Source of the DNA: Adineta vaga
Taxonomy: Eukaryota > Animalia > Rotifera
Reading direction: 5' to 3'
Length of the DNA: 64,000 nucleotides
NCBI GenBank assembly: GCA_021613535.1
Contig: CP075492.1
Span: forward strand, 12,276,001-12,340,000
Part shown: positions 50,360 to 63,770 of the stretch, piece after piece
How the letters are laid out: every line of letters begins with the position of its first letter
Position numbering within the stretch: position 1 is the stretch's first letter
The notes under the pieces: model-generated
What the model saw: the letters and a program-made list of their open reading frames with translations, nothing else
Databases searched by the model: none
What the model was told of the DNA's origin: nothing
Translations under genes and position numbers: made by a program

Positions 50360-53033
50360 TTATTGTTGTTGTTGTTGTTGTTGTTTGGGTTGTAATTTCG
50401 GATAAGAATTTAATAAATGTAACATATGAATTTGTTGTAAAACTTTATTCGGTGATGTCGATGATCGAGAAGTTGATGATGTACCTTCGACAACAACATA
50501 AACAGTTGAAGAAGATTGACTATCATTTGGATCAATGACTGATGTATTTGTGGATGAAGTCATCGATATATCTGCTGGTTTAATTAATTGTCGAGATCGT
50601 TTATATGACTAGAATAGAGGAGATGATTACTATTTTTTCTTAAATGAAAGACAATTAGTTATTTATTTACCAATCGAAACCAAGGAGGAAAAACGACATT
50701 CACTTTTTCGATCAACCCATTTGAATAAATTTGTTTAATATTATATCCAAAGGGTATTTGATACCATGGATTCAAGGAAATATCCGGTACAGAACCATAA
50801 GTAAAATAAGCTCGAACTGGATTTTGTTTTCCACGTCTAACACGTGCATATCGAAGACTATTAAGTCGTTCATTGATATTTTTTTCATTATGTCCAATAA
50901 TTAACATTCGTACATCATCTTGTTCTAAACCAAGTGCCATTAAACTAAATGTTGAGCATAGATAATAAAATTCAAAAATGAAATCCTCATCTTACCAATC
51001 TTCACCGGATACAAAATTTCGTGATAATTGATCAGGAAATAGTGTTTGAATATCTGAATTTTTTGATGACAATAAACAGGTCGGTAATAAGGAATCATGG
51101 ACAAAAGCTGAACTTTTACAAAACGTATCCATTAAATGAAAAGGTAGATGATTACCTATAAAAAAAGAAGAATATATTGATTTCGAGAGAAAAAACAAAC
51201 AATAAATGATTATAAAAACCTAGAGCTTTTCGTCGATTTGGTGGTGGCGAAGAGTCAAGTAAACGTTGTGCTTCAGTTAATAGAGGAATATCGACAATTG
51301 AATTCGATTGTTTATCACGAAGATAGATAAGATCTTTCTATATAGTAATTAGGAGGCTTTTTTTCTAAAGTTATTCAACTAAATTCTTACAAAAAGTTGT
51401 GGAGCAAGTTGATTGTTCGATGATAAAGGGTTCATTTCACGTCGTAATAAAATATATTGCGTTAATAATTGCACGTACTAGAAAACGAGAGAAACAGAAG
51501 ATAGGGATAGATATGATAAGTTTTATTTGCCCTACAGCTGATAATTGATATTGAAAAATATTACGTTGATCCGATGTTAGATGAAAATCTGAAGTTCTGG
51601 TGATTGTCGAACAAGTTGTAGTTGATGAAACAGATTCAGGATTGATGGGTTCATTACTATAAACATGTTATTATTGAATAAATACAAAACAATATTGTAG
51701 AATCTTTACCTATTTAGAAAATCTTCATGATTCAAAATCGATGCATTATCTTCGAGAAGTAAGGCTAATTCACGTTCTTGAGAAAAGAAAAACGAAACGA
51801 AATGAAATGAATGAATAAATAAATAAATAAAGTTCAATATGAAATAAAATTTTACTTGAAACATGTAATTCATCTCCTAAATCATCATCAACTTCATAAT
51901 CAGTATCGGGTAATCGAAATTCTGGATCATCATCAATATCATCTTCTTCGGTTGTTGTCGTTCGAACCGATTTCTGTTGTTCATCTTGTTGATCATTCTT
52001 TTGTTGATCATTTTGTGTTTGTAAAGATGCCAAAAACTCGGTCCATAATGATTCATATTGATCACCACGAAGAAGTTCTTCATCCGGAGCAGAACTTCAA
52101 TGAAGATTTTAAAGAAAATATATCAATAGAATCTCATCAATAACTTACATTTGATTATCTGGTGATGCTGTACTATCTTTTAATAGTAAAGCTAATTCAC
52201 GTTCTGAAAGAGACAAACAAAATTTTTGATAGAACAAAAAAAAACAATATAGTTGATGGAATTTACTTGATACACGTAGTTTTTTTTCATCAGCTGTTTC
52301 AATAATATTTTCATCATCAGGACCAATAAATTCTTCATCATCATCGTCATCTTCTGTGAACAATGAATCAAATGTTACAGCCGATTGTGTAAGATTTTGT
52401 TGTGTACTAACATTTGTTTGATCAACTGTATTGAACGATTGCAAAAATTCTAACCAAAGTGGATCATATTCATCAACTATTGTTTCAGTTGTTGATGGCA
52501 AAAGATTTTGTTGTAGATTCGAAGAAAATGTATGCAAGGAATTCAATTGAGAAGTAGTATCGAAATAAGTTGACGTAGAAAGAAGAGACTCATCTTGTCT
52601 CGTTGTTGTTAACATTGACTAAAGAAAAATGGAGTCAAAGATATGGGAAGAATCAAATATTTGTTGGAAATATTTACAGCATTCATAGACGATGAACCAT
52701 AAGGAAGAATTCGTGTACGAAGATAATCGATGACTGTTGTTTCATTTAAAAGATCCTAAAATAAGTATTTATTACATCTATCAAAGATCTATATGTTTGA
52801 ACCTACTGAAACAATCCGTTTAACAATATCACTCGGTACACAATGTTTTTTAGCTACTTGTTCGATTTGATCATCGATCGGCGTACTAATATCATCATTT
52901 GATAATCTCGATCGTCGTCTAATTGCTGGATTTTCCGTTGGATCATCACAACCTGAGAGTAACCTGAAGATGGAAAACTATACGAAAGAATAAAAAAATA
53001 GAAAGTCTACTCTTACCGTTTCGGTGTATTCAT
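50360..53033 (-). CDS. GON4L/YY1AP-related protein, multi-exon
   Basis: DDQIEQVAKKHCVPSDIVKRIV (N-terminal block), acidic DDDPEF..VSKRELALLL, YQLSAYVQLLTQ and EDCLMALGL resemble GON4L conserved blocks. Confidence 0.6.
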
Positions 53034-53306
53034 TATATCTCTTAATCTAAGACAAATTGAAACAGATAATCAATATTTTCTATTCTCTTCTCGTTTGTCG
53101 GGTTTTATTAGAATAGAAAGATAGAAAATTTTTATTAATATTTCATAAAAATAACATTGAACACACAAGTTATTCTCTCCTCGAACAAATATTCAATTGC
53201 GCGAGATTAATATTCAACTTGTTCTCTACACATACATACAACATAACAATAGAGAAAAACGAGAATGAAATGAAAAAGTTTATTTAATAATGTTTGTTTG
53301 TTTGTT

Positions 53307-53829
53307 TCAAAATCCACCACCAACCTATACAATAGAAAGATCTCTTTAGATATAATATTGATTGTAAGACTGTATGCATACTTGTTCTTGATAAACATCG
53401 ATTGTATCATTATCTTCCATTTCTAATAGTTTTGGAGTTTCATCATCATTAATACGTTTACCATCGAAGAGAAATCTGATAATATATTTTCTTGATGATA
53501 TTAACAAATAAAAATAACTTACCGTAAACTATTAACAGGCACTCCTAAATAAAAAGTTCAAATTACTTTTTTTTAACGAAGAAAATTTCAAATATAAATC
53601 GTTTACCTTGTCGTTCGGCATAGGATTTCTTCAATTTACTCATTGATGTTGTCATTTTAACTTTAAACTGAACTTCACCTATAAATTCCAATGAAAATAA
53701 ACATCAACTGTCAAAAGAAATCAAATCAACTTCACTATACTGACTATTATCTTGTCCAACAACTCGAAGTTTGATATATTCTTCTGTCTTGCTTGTGTTA
53801 CTACCAGTTGCACCATCTGTAGAAGACAT
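53307..53829 (-). CDS. SUMO: Small ubiquitin-like modifier (SUMO1-like)
   Basis: [80 protein letters not shown] over 5 exons. Confidence 0.96.
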
Positions 53830-55093
53830 TGTTTATAGTTCTCGGTGATATAAAGTAATTACGAAAAGTTTTCCCGTCAAATGTAAAGGTGTATTTGATT
53901 TTTGTGAAAAATTGTGAAAATGATAATGATTGGTGAGTGAAGAAAGAGAATTATATAGTTGTGCTATAGGCAATGAAATAAATAATGGAAGAGGACGCTC
54001 ATATCGTGCAACATTAGCGTCCTCTCGTTTTGCAAATCGAGAAAGAAAACAACGTGTACGATTGTTATTTCATCCTATGCATTGCAATCATTTTTGTTGA
54101 TTATATCTGATGACAATTATCAAAATATTTATTACAATACACGAATGGAGACAGAGACTATGCGTATAATATTATTTAGCTTAGTTTTTGTGTCATATTT
54201 ATTGTATAAACTATTTTGGTTATGCAAATGAAACTTTGTATGAATATAAAAAATTTAACTCTCTTTAGACCTAAACAATGATATGTGTATTTGAATTAAT
54301 ATCTATTCAATAGAAAAGAATCAATGATGTATATATCGAATAAGAAAACATCAGAAATTCAACTGCGTAAGAGAATAATTATTTTCATATTCTCTTTTAC
54401 GTACTTATCAAATCAAGCCAATTATATTTAATTCATGATCGTGCTTAATTAATCATCTTTACTAAGTACCCATCACATTATTTGCATTTTGTTCCATTTC
54501 ATACGATCTGCAATGAAGAATGATGTCGTATAAAAATAGCCATTCCTAACTAAGTTTGTGTCATAAAAGCAATGTTCATATTGAACAGATGAAGAATTTG
54601 ATCGAAGAAAATAAGGATTATACTTAATTAATAATGTAAATTATACAGATCTTTATTATTTAATAACTTCTATTACGAGAGTATTTTCTTTCAAAAACAT
54701 ATCTCATGAATATAAAAAACGTCGACTCTGTTATTACTCAAGATGAACCACGTAAACATAAAAATAAATGAACATTAGCGTATGATATACTTCTTTTGGC
54801 TTTTGTCTTCCTTATCATTTCATCTAACTTTTGCCCTTACCACCCACCATATCGTGATCTATAGAGATCTCGTTCTTCTTTTCTCAAACGGATCATTTCA
54901 TTATTACAGACATACACACACACACACATCTCTTGTTCTATCGAATTCAAATCATGCGTTTCTTTTCACTCGGTCTGTTGGTTATTTTTTGTACTTATTC
55001 ATTGGTTATTTCAAGTCCAATTGATCGAAGTAAAACCTAATTGTATTTTCAATTTATAGAAATCAAAATGGATTTCATATTTTAGACAAGGAC

Positions 55094-55445
55094 ATGAAAC
55101 ATAAGAAACTAATGACAATTTCAAATCGTCTACTGAAAAGATTAGCAGATGAACAAATAATCAATGAATTGAAAGAAGATGATAATCTTGGGTATTTCAT
55201 TACGATGGATGATTTCAATGATGAAACCAAACCAAATATCAATGGTATTTTTCTAAAAGATGAAAAAGTATTGCTTAAATATTTAAATGATTTACAATAC
55301 TGTATGTTTGATAGAAAAAAGTTTACTCATTTTTTTACATCTTACTTTGTTTTAGACAATCAACACTTCTCACACACGACACATAATTTGGTGATGAATT
55401 AAATAATTATCAATATTTAACGAAAAAAAAAATAACTTTGATAGC
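55094..55445 (+). pseudogene. Possible degraded gene fragment
   Basis: Protein-like 69-codon stretch, then a GT-AG intron, then frames that quickly terminate; no family recognised. Confidence 0.25.
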
Positions 55446-55798
55446 TCTTAGAAAGTTGATTGTAAAAAGTTTTTTGTTACAAAGATCGATGCTAACTTAA
55501 AAAGTACATTTACAAGAAAGGTTTACAATCTTCTATATCTTCATAATCATTGAAATTGAGTTCGATTCTTGCTGGTCATGAATCATTTTTGTCTATGTTA
55601 GACTGATGTCTCCTAGTTTCGCATACAGATATTTCTGATCTATGATCATCTTTTATAACAAAAACTTGTAATTAGTTTTCTAAGAACTTTGATCAGATCT
55701 ATTATTGATGTTGTAATTGTAATTCATAGTGATTCTCTACATAAAAATAAAAATGAAGAAAAGAAAATTGATAATCATAGATTTGAGTTTTGTGAGAT

Positions 55799-57438
55799 TT
55801 ATTCTCCATCACGACTACTTCGATAAACACGAAGAATATCATCGACTGGTGCTGACAAACTGGACATTTAATGCCATGAACTGATGTTTGCTGTTGAAGT
55901 TGTAATCCGCACATATAACAAACACAAAGATGACCACAACGATAGAGAACAGTATCAGCAACAGCAGTCAAACAAATTGTACAATGACCAGCGGCCATTG
56001 GTTGAATTGTTGACGCATTGGTTGTTGTTGTTGCTGTTGAATGATGAGCTAACGCACTTGCAACTTCTTGACGCAATGATCGTTGCATATCCATTTGCAT
56101 TGTAAACATTATTTGAAGCATTTGTTGCATAGAATCAAGACGTGAAGATAATGCATCGACGTTTAACGCAGACTATAGAATTTAGAAAGCATAAACTAAA
56201 AAATGTTTGTATATTAAAGAAAATATTTACAGCATGATTAGTAGTAGTAGTAGTAGTTGTTGCTACTGCTCTTGGCAGTTGAGGAGCAACTCGTGGTGCC
56301 GTTTGTTGTTCCTGTTGAACAGGTGCACCTTGTCCCAAATGATTCTATAGATAGAAAAGATCGAATAGTTTTGTATATGAAAGTAATTTAGAAAATATTA
56401 CCAGAACATTTTGTTCTAAATGTCGACGGAAATCACTTTCTAAAGCACTTGTAACTAATTGCCGATGAACTAGATCACTAATTTCGACAACAATTCGTTC
56501 ACGTTGTAGTTGTGTAATAGCTTGCCAAGCATCAAATTCTCGTTCGTGTCTAAGAAAATAGATTCTTGAAACTAAACAACATATTATTTTATATCAAATA
56601 CCGTTCAATATTGGATGTTTCACGAGTTGGTAGTGGTTGTACAGGAGCGAGAGATGCAATTGGTGTAACTTGTGAGCGTGGTGGCTCAATTGGAGCTGCA
56701 GATGCAGCTTGTGCACGCTGCTGCTGCTGTTGTTGTTGTTGTTGTTGGGCAGCAACAACTGGTGTTGGAACTGTACGAATGGATTGTCGAACAGCATTTT
56801 CCAGATCTTGTCGAAAAGCAGCACTACCTAAAGCGACTGATACACATCGACGATTTGTTAATGCATCAATATCAGCCATATGAGCACTTGGCATTGCTGG
56901 TCGTGTAGCTGGTACTCGAGTTTCTTGTTGGCTTTCTTGAAAACTATTCAGAAATGTTTCAATTCGTTCTCGATTAGGTTGACCTGTAACTGGTCGTTCA
57001 CCTAAACGTAAACGACGTAATTCAAACATGACTTCCATACGTTGTCGTTCGATAAATCTCGTAAATGCATCAGCTTCAATTTCAAGAGCTGAAGATGCTA
57101 CATCTTCTTCACTTCGTGTGCTTGAACTGCATTCAGATTCATAACCATTTTCAGAAACGACTGTTGTTTCTTGTTCATCTAAGTGATTCAATCGAGAACG
57201 CTATTAGAAGAAATCTAGTTTTCTTGCATTACTACCTTTGCTAGTCACTACTACTTGAGTCTCTTCGACATCGCCACCACCACTGGCTACATTCAAATTT
57301 GTTGCAGGAAGATATTCGTCTGTCATTGCTTATCGATGAATAATATGACCGATTTTGTTCTATGCAATACTTTGTATGAAAAGAGACGGCAACTTCGTAT
57401 TTACTTGTCTGGTATTGCACAATACATTGCTCATACAT
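55799..57438 (-). CDS. C3HC4 RING E3 ligase (neuralized-like/plant PIR-like architecture) with a 1-nt frameshift just after the last RING cysteine; start tentative
   Basis: Repeated DL..RR.VS.AL...FR..LE blocks, MQMDMQRSLRQEVASAL coiled coil, CTIC..DTVLYRCGHLCVCYMC..CPVC. Confidence 0.8.
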
Positions 57439-57792
57439 TCGATGAATCATCAGTTTAGTTTTCTTTTTTTTCATGATTTCTGTTTTTAATTACGACGAGA
57501 ATAATATGCGTCAGTCTATTTGTATGACTCACTTATTCTTTCTTAATGTATAGTGAGAAGAAAAATATAAAATAATACAGATTTTCCACATATTTATCTT
57601 ATGATTCAATGTGAAAGGTAATCTATCAGATCGCATCTTATTTCATGTATATGTCAATCGATGATTCACTATTTGAAATTTTAAATAACGAAGTAAAAAT
57701 CAAACCTATTTATTCTCAAACAAAAAAGCAACTTCATAAAAAAATCTAAATCATCAGTATGAAATTTAAAAAGTCATGGAATAGTATACCTT

Positions 57793-58791
57793 TTATTCAG
57801 CACGTCCAAAGAGACGTACTCGCGAAAGACCACCATCAGGTATAATATTTACTCGTATATGAGTAATGAGACCTAAATCATTCATTTGATCCTTTTCATA
57901 CGTATGAATTGCATCCATCGACAGCTTCTGTTCAGGTAATAAAGTTTGCCAAAACATCGATTGAGTAACTAAAGATTTACTATGTTCCACGGTTGCATTA
58001 GCTGCTTGAACTATACATCGATCTGGGTAATTTCCTTTGTAATGTGCAGTATCAAGGATAATACGTGACACTCTTCCACGTTTACCTAATGCTAAGATAC
58101 ACCATTCATTTCCTGGAACACGTCTTCGTCGAGTTTCCCAACCATCACCCATATTAATACCACGTCCAGGACGTAATAATGCCCATGGATTTCCATAATG
58201 TTCATCACTTGCAGCTATAGCACGACCACCATTTTCAACTGCTAATAAATCAATTTCTTCATTAAGTCGCTCATCTGGAATTTGAACAATACCATAAACA
58301 CGAAGTCGAGCAATACCACCATCCGGATAGATATTTAAACGAATATGTGTCCAATGTTCATTAACTTGAATGGCATGATAATGATGAGCACTTGGGCCTA
58401 ATGTTACTGCTTGTAAAATTTCTTGCCAATTATCCGGTTTCTCTCCTTTCTTTACACAACATGCATCAAGAGAAGCAGCTACAGGATAATTTCCAGTAAA
58501 ATGACTTGTATCAATATCAACACCGACAATTTTTCCAGCTAAACCTAGTTGTACTATACACCAATCATAACCATCAACACGTTTTCGTCGACTTTCCCAT
58601 CCTTCCATATATTGTCCATGATCATCGAATCGTCCAGGATGAAAAACAGCAGGTTTTGGATCGAGCATACGTACAGCAGCAGCAAAAAATTCATCTGAAA
58701 CAGAAATTATTTGCGTACCAACACGTTCATCAGCAAGATTGACATAAGTTGCAGCAACCGTCTGATCAAATACCGTTGGCGTTGATGACAT
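57793..58791 (-). CDS. alc: Allantoicase, proteobacterial-type, intronless
   Basis: Two allantoicase repeats: SDEFFA..GWESRRKR..DWCIVQLG..DTSHFTGNYP..RLNIYPDGGIARLRVYG and MGDGWETRRRR..PDGGLSRVRLFG. Confidence 0.95.
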   Translation of the reverse strand: MSSTPTVFDQTVAATYVNLADERVGTQIISVSDEFFAAAVRMLDPKPAVFHPGRFDDHGQYMEGWESRRKRVDGYDWCIVQLGLAGKIVGVDIDTSHFTGNYPVAASLDACCVKKGEKPDNWQEILQAVTLGPSAHHYHAIQVNEHWTHIRLNIYPDGGIARLRVYGIVQIPDERLNEEIDLLAVENGGRAIAASDEHYGNPWALLRPGRGINMGDGWETRRRRVPGNEWCILALGKRGRVSRIILDTAHYKGNYPDRCIVQAANATVEHSKSLVTQSMFWQTLLPEQKLSMDAIHTYEKDQMNDLGLITHIRVNIIPDGGLSRVRLFGRAE

Positions 58792-59191
58792 AACAAGAAT
58801 TTCAAATTTATCTAAAGTAAAATTTGTATCCGTATACAGATCGAATCTTACATTATATTCTTCTACTTTCAATAATTTCATTCCATTCGAAAACGAATAT
58901 GTCTTATCTGTTCCAACAAACACATGACGTCACTTACCATTTTAACAGTATAGATATTTATTTAAGTATGGCAGATAGGCACAATGTAGTTATATTATAG
59001 AGAATATATAGTCATAGAGAAGAAAGAGAATACGAAAAAAAAACAGAAAGATAACATAACAAGGATAAGAGAATATCTATGAACATATACTCCTGATAAA
59101 GTTGTTTAACCTTTCCACTACTGTGTTTTTTTTCTTCTTCTTCTTTTTGTTAAAAAAATTTATATTAAGATAAAAAAAATATTGTTTTCGT

Positions 59192-61186
59192 TTATGACGC
59201 TGCTGCTGAAATTTCTTTTGTCATTGCTTCAGTTAATTTAAATTTTTGTACTTTGCCTGTTGGTGTCGTAAATGGTCCGAATGATTCAACAACTTTTACA
59301 TATTTCGGTACTTTGAAAAATGCCACTCTCGATGAAAGAAAGTTTCTCACTTCTTCAACATTATCTATTTTCATTCCTGCTTTTGGTTTAACCCATGCAC
59401 AAAGTATTTCACCATAACGTTTATCAGGTATACCAAAGACTTGCGCTTCACCAATACTTGGATGTTCTAAAAGAAAGTTTTCAACTTCAACTGGATAAAC
59501 ATTTATTCCTCCAACAATGATCATTTCTTTTTGACGTGAACGATAATAAACATAACCTTGATCATCCATAGTACCTAAATCACCTGTTCGTAACCAACCA
59601 TTAGATGTTATTGTATCTCGTGTTTTTTCTTCATCACCATAATAACCTGAAGATCATGAAGGAGATTAGATTAATTTCATCAAATAATCGTTGAAGATTT
59701 AAATTTACCTTTCATTATATTAAAACCTCGTGCACAAATCTCTCCTTCTTCACCAATGGGTAAGATTTTTCCTGTAGAATCGGCGATTTTCATTTCAATT
59801 CTAGGTACAGCTTTTCCAACTGATGTATATCGACGTTTGGTATCATTTTCTGCAAATACACTCATAGCCATTGAAGCTGCATTTTCTGTTTGACCAAATC
59901 CTTGTGAAAGCATTTTTATAGGAATTTCACGTTCCAACTGTTCAATCAATGCAGGATTAACAGGAGCTGCACCGAGTATACCAAAAAGAAGTGAACTCAT
60001 ATCAAATTCTTTTCTTCTCGGATGAGCAAGTATATCTCGAAAAATAATCGGTGCACCTATCAATGCCGTACATTTTTCTTCTTGTATCGTTCGCATTGTT
60101 TCAACTGTATCAGGTAACATACTTGGAAATACACTCAAATATTTTGGAGCATTAATATTAAATGTTCCAGCAATTTCACCAAATATATGAAACGTTGGTA
60201 TTGGACAACACACGCGACTCATTAATTCAGGATAAGTATAACAAAGATGAAAGCCATTATTAAGCCTGAACGAAGGAAAAACAAAAATATAAATAATTTT
60301 GTGCAAAACTTCGTTCAGAAGAATCTTACATATTAAAATTTGTTAAAGTAGCAGCTTTCGGTTGTCCTGTAGTACCCGAAGTATAAAAAATAGAAAGTGG
60401 AGTATCACCATCTAATTGTGTTTGCCGTGTTTGTAATTCATCTCGTCTACCATTAGCCCCTTTCGTTATCAAATTAAGATATGAATGCATGCCTGTAGGT
60501 GTATTCATTGGTTTTCCATTATCACCAGGTGTTAAAATAATATGTTTCAATGATGGAATTGCTTTCGAATTGATTTCACCTTTTGTTTGACTAAGTTCAG
60601 GAACTAACATATTAATTATCTTAATACAATCAATAATCTTTACATTTGGACGCATTACTAAACCTTTACAAGCAACTTTATTTAAACAATAAATTAATTC
60701 ACGTCCCATATAAGCAGGATTGATATTTACCTAAGATATTCAAACAGAATTAAATTTTTCTGTGCCAAAATTAATTACTTTGATGACCCCGACTTTTGAT
60801 GTTGCATATGACAATACACAATTTTCCGATGTATTTGGTAACCAAACAGCAAGTCGATCATTTTTTTCAAAGCCAAGTTCAATTAAACTCGTAGCTAAAC
60901 TATCGACTTCATCGAGAAATGATTTGTATGTATAGGATTTGTTTCCTTCACCTTTAAATACATAACATCGATGATCTGGATATTCTTGAGCTAAATTATC
61001 CAAATGTTGACCAACCGTATGATATAATAAAGGAACATTTGATGCATGATGATAGTAGCTTTGAGTTAATTTTGTTACAGGAATTTCACGTTTTTGTGAA
61101 GTTGAAGAAAAGCGAGAAGAAAGAATTCTTGAAGATAACGATATTATTCGACATGATCGCCATATATGTGATGATTGTGATAACAT
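59192..61186 (-). CDS. ACSF2: Medium-chain acyl-CoA ligase, mitochondrial (ACSF2-like), 4 exons
   Basis: Mitochondrial-like presequence, LTQSYYH, YTSGTTGQPK AMP-binding motif, GFGQTE, GWLRTGDLG, TGKVQK. Confidence 0.85.
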
Positions 61187-61816
61187 TGCAGTCGACTAGA
61201 ATTGAACGAAGAATAAATCAAACACGTGCAATACACGGAAATTTTAAATAAATTTTTCTTCGTTGAAGAAAGAAAACAAACGGACGTACTTGCAGTGCAA
61301 TTTATGAATATGTGAGCGAAAAAAAAGTCAACAGTGACTCGATATAATTTCGTTCGAAATATGTAAAAAGGAAGAAATCAAAGAGCGCGAAGAAAATGTA
61401 GTCGAGAGGGTATGTCTATGCATGATTTATATAGGTATATACATATAGTTTAAAATCCATAGTAAAAGAACGAAAAGAATGTTGTTTTGCTGTTTTCACC
61501 CTACATATATATGTAACGTTAAATGATGATGAATACTATCTTGTTTATGCGTATGTAGTAAGCGTAGTAAGAGCGTACGATGTTATATAAAAAAGAGATT
61601 TATTACCTTTCATATTATTGTGAGGCAATGTGCGAGAACGAAAAATAAAGAAATATGTCGATTGACTTTAATATCAAATAACAAAATGTGAGATAAGAAT
61701 ACAACTAACATTTAATATCTGTATTATACAAATGTATAAAAATAGTTTTGTTTTGATATGAAAGAGATTGTCAGATTAACCTAAATAATTTGAACGAGAA
61801 AGAAATAATGAATGAA

Positions 61817-63770
61817 TTATTTGACGTTCATTTGATTGAATAAATTGGAAAATGTTTGTTTTAAATTATTAAGAGTATTGATCGTCTAAAATAATGAAAT
61901 ACAAAGAAAGTATGGTAAATAAATGATTGTTCATACATAAATTCGATCTAATGTTTGACGAATATTTCCATTTGAAGAAGGTTTTTCTTCATCATTCGAT
62001 GAAAATTTCGGTAATTGATCAAAACTTGATATACGTCTTTAAAGAAAATAAAGATACATCAAAATTTTCATCATAAAAACGTCATTTAATCTACGTTAAG
62101 ATTGTCACTTGTTCATTCGGTCGACAATAGATTTCCATTTTATGTACGATTAAATCTGCAATCATTCGATAATCTTCTTCTTGATTTTCACCAATGAGTT
62201 GCATTGTACAATCATTAATTTGAATAATATATTCTTTTCCATCATTTGTTTGAATTAATTCAATAGCACATAGATCAAGTCCACCAAATATTTGACTGAC
62301 TTCATCAAGCCATAAACGATATCTTAAATGTAAAATGAATTAATAGAGAAAAAAGAAAATTAGATCATTCAAAACCTTTCAGTCAATGGAATTTTTTCAA
62401 TTATACATGAACCAATATTTGCTTTCCAATTATTTGATAATGATGTTCGTCTAAACAAAGAAATAGTTCAATTATAAAGTTACCTACTGAAAAACTCGAC
62501 ATTTCTTCATTATTAATGAAAGGAAAGATCATTAATTTTGAAGTATCTTTTGAAACATGACTTGTTTCTACATATTAGTATTCAACTTGCATTCAATAAC
62601 GTCTATCTTGTTAGTAATACACAAATGAGTTTCTATTTTCTCACTTCGTCAGACAATGATGAATATTGTCTCAATTTACCTCAGTGCTTTGTAATGTTGT
62701 CCAATTTTTTGTAAATAAATATCACATCGTCCAGGAATATACGGTTCAATTGTTGAATAACATTGACTTATTTCAATAATTCCAGTTATTTCATGATAAT
62801 CATACGTATTTTTGATTAAAATCTAAGTATGAAATATTTGAAATGATTGCGAAAATGTTCTTGATTGAACATACTTTGCCTAAACCTTGATGTGCATGAC
62901 CAATTTTAATCACCGATGGATATGGTGGTGAAATAAACTAAACATGATAGATTTTATCGATCAAATGAATAAAATTATTTACCATTTTTCGATGGTTTGG
63001 ATAATAAGTTTGACTAATCAATGGAAACTTTTCAGCACCTAATCGTCGTTGAATCTGACATAATTCTGCATACTAATTAGAAAGAAAATGATATATACGA
63101 AAGAAGTATATATAAAAACATACAATCCAAGGTCTATCTTGAAAGTTGTATAAAGCTCTCATTGAATTAATACTTGGTACTGCTCCATATTGCATTCCAA
63201 GAATAATATTAATCCAATTAACATCGACATCTTTGACATATTGTCGAACGAGTACAAAATCCGGATGAAATGATCTTTAAATAATGATTTTATATGTCAA
63301 TAGAAAGAAAAAACTTCGATTCTTTTTTGTTTTACCGAATAACAGGTATACCACTTCGAAAGGTATTGATACCAATCGAAATTCCACCGTTTGAATGCGC
63401 AGATAAACCGATTTCATTGAAAGTAGCCTAGAAAAATCCAGAAGAAAATGAATATTTATAAAATTTTATTCAACAGACGACATTTAAACATCAACAAGAA
63501 ACCTGTTCAATGCGAATATCGTAATCAGCAAAAAGTTTTCTATCTTTGAAATATTTTTTCCTACGAGCATGTAAAATCAATAGTAAAAAAGCTCAAATTT
63601 ATTTTTATTTACCAATCAACATAATGTTCATCGATGATAAATAATATTTTCGATTTATTTGATTGAATTTCTGAATGATTGAGTAATTCTTTTGGTGTAA
63701 TACTACCGGAGTTTGGTAAATCATGTTGAAAATCTCCTGAAGGCAAACGTCGTTTGATATAATTTATCAT
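61817..63770 (-). CDS. SYN: Synapsin
   Basis: Domain A MINYIKRRLPSGD; C domain SFHPDFVLVRQ, YNFQDRPW, KIGHAHQGLGK, NWKANIGS, FGGLDLCA; domain E-like TLNNLKQTFSNLF. Confidence 0.93.
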
